From the human T2T-CHM13v2.0 reference genome, Homo sapiens, in assembly GCF_009914755.1 (NCBI RefSeq), contig NC_060928.1: a stretch of DNA of 64,000 nt; one strand, given 5' to 3'. The position numbers were made by a program, and so were the translations under genes. Below the pieces are notes generated by a model. That model saw only the letters and a list, made by a program, of their open reading frames with translations, searched no databases and was not told the origin of the DNA. Of this stretch, positions 59,544-64,000 are shown one piece after another (the stretch's first letter is position 1; each line of letters starts with the position of its first letter).

Positions 59544-59897
59544 TGATATGGTTGGGCTGTGTCTCCATTCAAATCTCAACTTGAATTGTATCTCCCAGAA
59601 TTCCCATATGTTGTGGGAGGGACTCAGGGGGAGGTAATTGAATCATGGGGGCCGGTCTTTCCCATGCTATTCTCATGAGAGTGAATAAGTCTTAGGAGAT
59701 CTGACGGGTTTATCAGGGGTTTCCACTTTTGCTTCTTCCTCATTTTTCTCTTGCCGCTGCCATGTAAGAAGTGCCTTTCACCTCCCGCCATGATTCTGAG
59801 GCCTCCCCAGTCACGTGGAACCATAAGTCCAATTAACCTCTTTTTCTTCCCAGTCTCAGGTATGTCTTTATCAGCAGCCTGAAAATGAACTAATACA
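59544..59897 (+). mobile_element. THE1A-like LTR
   Basis: TGATATGG...GGGTTTATCAGGGGTTTCCACTTTTGCTTCTTCCTCATTTT...AACTAATACA. Confidence 0.88.
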
Positions 59898-61049
59898 CTG
59901 GCTCAGAGTGCAACTGGGTGATGCCTCTTTTTAAAATCCCATAGCCTGAAAAACACTTCCTTAATGTAGGATCCAAACCCACCTCCCCACTCCCAGGGCT
60001 GGGCTTTGGTTCACACATCCTGCTGCCCACCTTTTCCTTTCAGCCTCTCTGACCCAGAATCAAGCCATTTTCCACCACCGACCCCTGGGTTTGAAAAGGT
60101 CCATCCACCCTTACAGTCACTGAGGGCTGGCATAGAGCTGCAGGGGCCTCTCTAGACATGAGTGTTCTCACCTATAAATTGGAGACACTAATACTCCTCA
60201 CCTCCTAGGAGGAGCTGAGAGTCGCGAGAGATCATCCAGACAATCAGAAGGACAGGGCCTGACCTATTATCAGTGCTCAAGGAAGGCTAAGACTTACTAT
60301 TGTTATTGTTTGGGGAAAAAATAATGCTTCCTCTTGTGTCCATAGTGCTTGTGAGTTTGCAAAGTGCTGATTTGTTTTCATTCCATTCCAGCTGGGAGGC
60401 AAGCTTGCAAGGGCGGGCCAAGGAGCGGGAAGGCCTCTGATCACAGATGAGGAAGCAGTGCTCCAGCCCCATGGTGGAGTGGGACGTAGCCCAGCAGGGC
60501 TGCAGGTCGAATGCCTGAGAGCTTCCCACATTTCTCTAGGGGAAGGACTGGCCAGCCCTTTAAAGAGGGAAACTGGGACTTCCGTGATGGGGCTTGGAGA
60601 GCAGAAACTGCACCTATTCATTGTGTTCCTGATGCCCCGTGCTGTGCCTGGTTTGAAAGGATAGACCCTCAGTAAAATATATTGGATGAATGAATGAGTG
60701 AGTGAATAAGGGCAAGGCAGGGTGGCTGAGTTAGGGATGGGAGATAGTGGCAATGGAGGGCGTGTGCTTAGCAATACCCTAAGCCCACTGAGTGCTGGGC
60801 ATAGAGCCACACTGAGCCAGCTTGCATGACATCATCACTGGGATCATCAGTCCCGTTTTACAGATGAGGAAATGGAGACCTGCTTACCAGCAGGGAGTCA
60901 GCGAGTCCTACATCTGAGATTGAGTTCAGGCCTGTCTGATTCCCATCACACTTCCCAAATATCCCAGAGGTGTATGTGATGGTGGTTCATCAACGTTCGA
61001 TTCAGGGCCCTGTTTTCTGTATAACTGCAATGATTCTGCTCATGGGAGC

Positions 61050-62156
<1,107 letters not shown>

Positions 62157-62854
62157 CCAGGATTAGGTTTGACGGTGAGCAACAGGAAATCCCAACTATC
62201 AGTGGCTTCAACAAGATAATTGGCTACAAAGTCTGTAGGTGGTCCGGGGCCATGGAGGGAGGGGCGCTGCTCCCTGGGGTCGTCAGGCCTGGCTCCTCCC
62301 AGGACCCTGCTTCACCATCCTGGGTGGGAATCTTAACCTCATGGCCCAAGATGGCATCCACACAACAGGTGGCATGAGGGAGAAGGGGACAGCAAGACAG
62401 GGAGAGGGCTGTGCACCAGTGTCCCTTCTGGAAGGCCTCTAGAGCTGCTGCGTACTTCTCTCATCCCTCTTGCCAGAATGTCATTACAGGGCCACACCTT
62501 GCCAAAAGGGAGACAGGACGAGGGGGTTCTTATTTTCTGCAAACACATGCCTGGAGGGAATTTTTATTGCAATGGAAGAAGGGGAGAATAGACGTTGGGG
62601 ATAACCCACATCTCTGCTGTATTTCACCTGTCTGAGCCGATGCCAGTTGGGAATGTGCTCAGCATCAAGGAGCAGAAATCCTGCCCCAAAAGGGCCTAAG
62701 CAAGTAAGACTTCGTTATTCTCACTGAGTGAGAAGTGTCTGGGGGGTGGTACAGTGCAGTTGGCCCAAAGATGACCACACTTTGAGGGTGGGTTTCCAAT
62801 CTCAGATCTGTAGCCTCAGGGACGGAAGAAGGCTGCTGTGGCTCCAGGTGTCAT

Positions 62855-64000
<1,146 letters not shown>

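Noticed and set aside
60277-60810. 177-aa minus-strand ORF
   Set aside because: It overlaps MIR/L2-like remnants and has no domain signature; chance ORF in GC-rich DNA.

Overview
Primate (human-like) genomic DNA, dense in Alu and LTR repeats. Positions 1-13.3 kb hold the last four coding exons and 3' UTR of a + strand C2H2 zinc-finger gene. I recognise it as ZBTB49 (ZNF509) from its finger array and its C-terminus (...[13 protein letters not shown]). The remaining ~50 kb has no convincing host coding exon. It is a mosaic of about 45 Alus, L1/L2/MIR fragments, MaLR LTRs (THE1/MST/MLT1) and ERV LTRs. The most informative region is 39.1-47.1 kb. There, an LTR12 sits inside an Alu, inside an ERV1 3' LTR, inside an older LTR. 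This stack lies back-to-back with an oppositely oriented ERV env remnant whose immunosuppressive domain can be rebuilt by removing a later LTR insertion. Also notable are a tailless 5S rRNA retrocopy at a triplicated target site and an LTR13 with a CTCF motif. I see no evidence of a wholly new biological system; the findings are retro-element history and candidate regulatory or splicing signals. Repeat subfamily names are recalled from consensus sequences and need RepeatMasker/Dfam confirmation.
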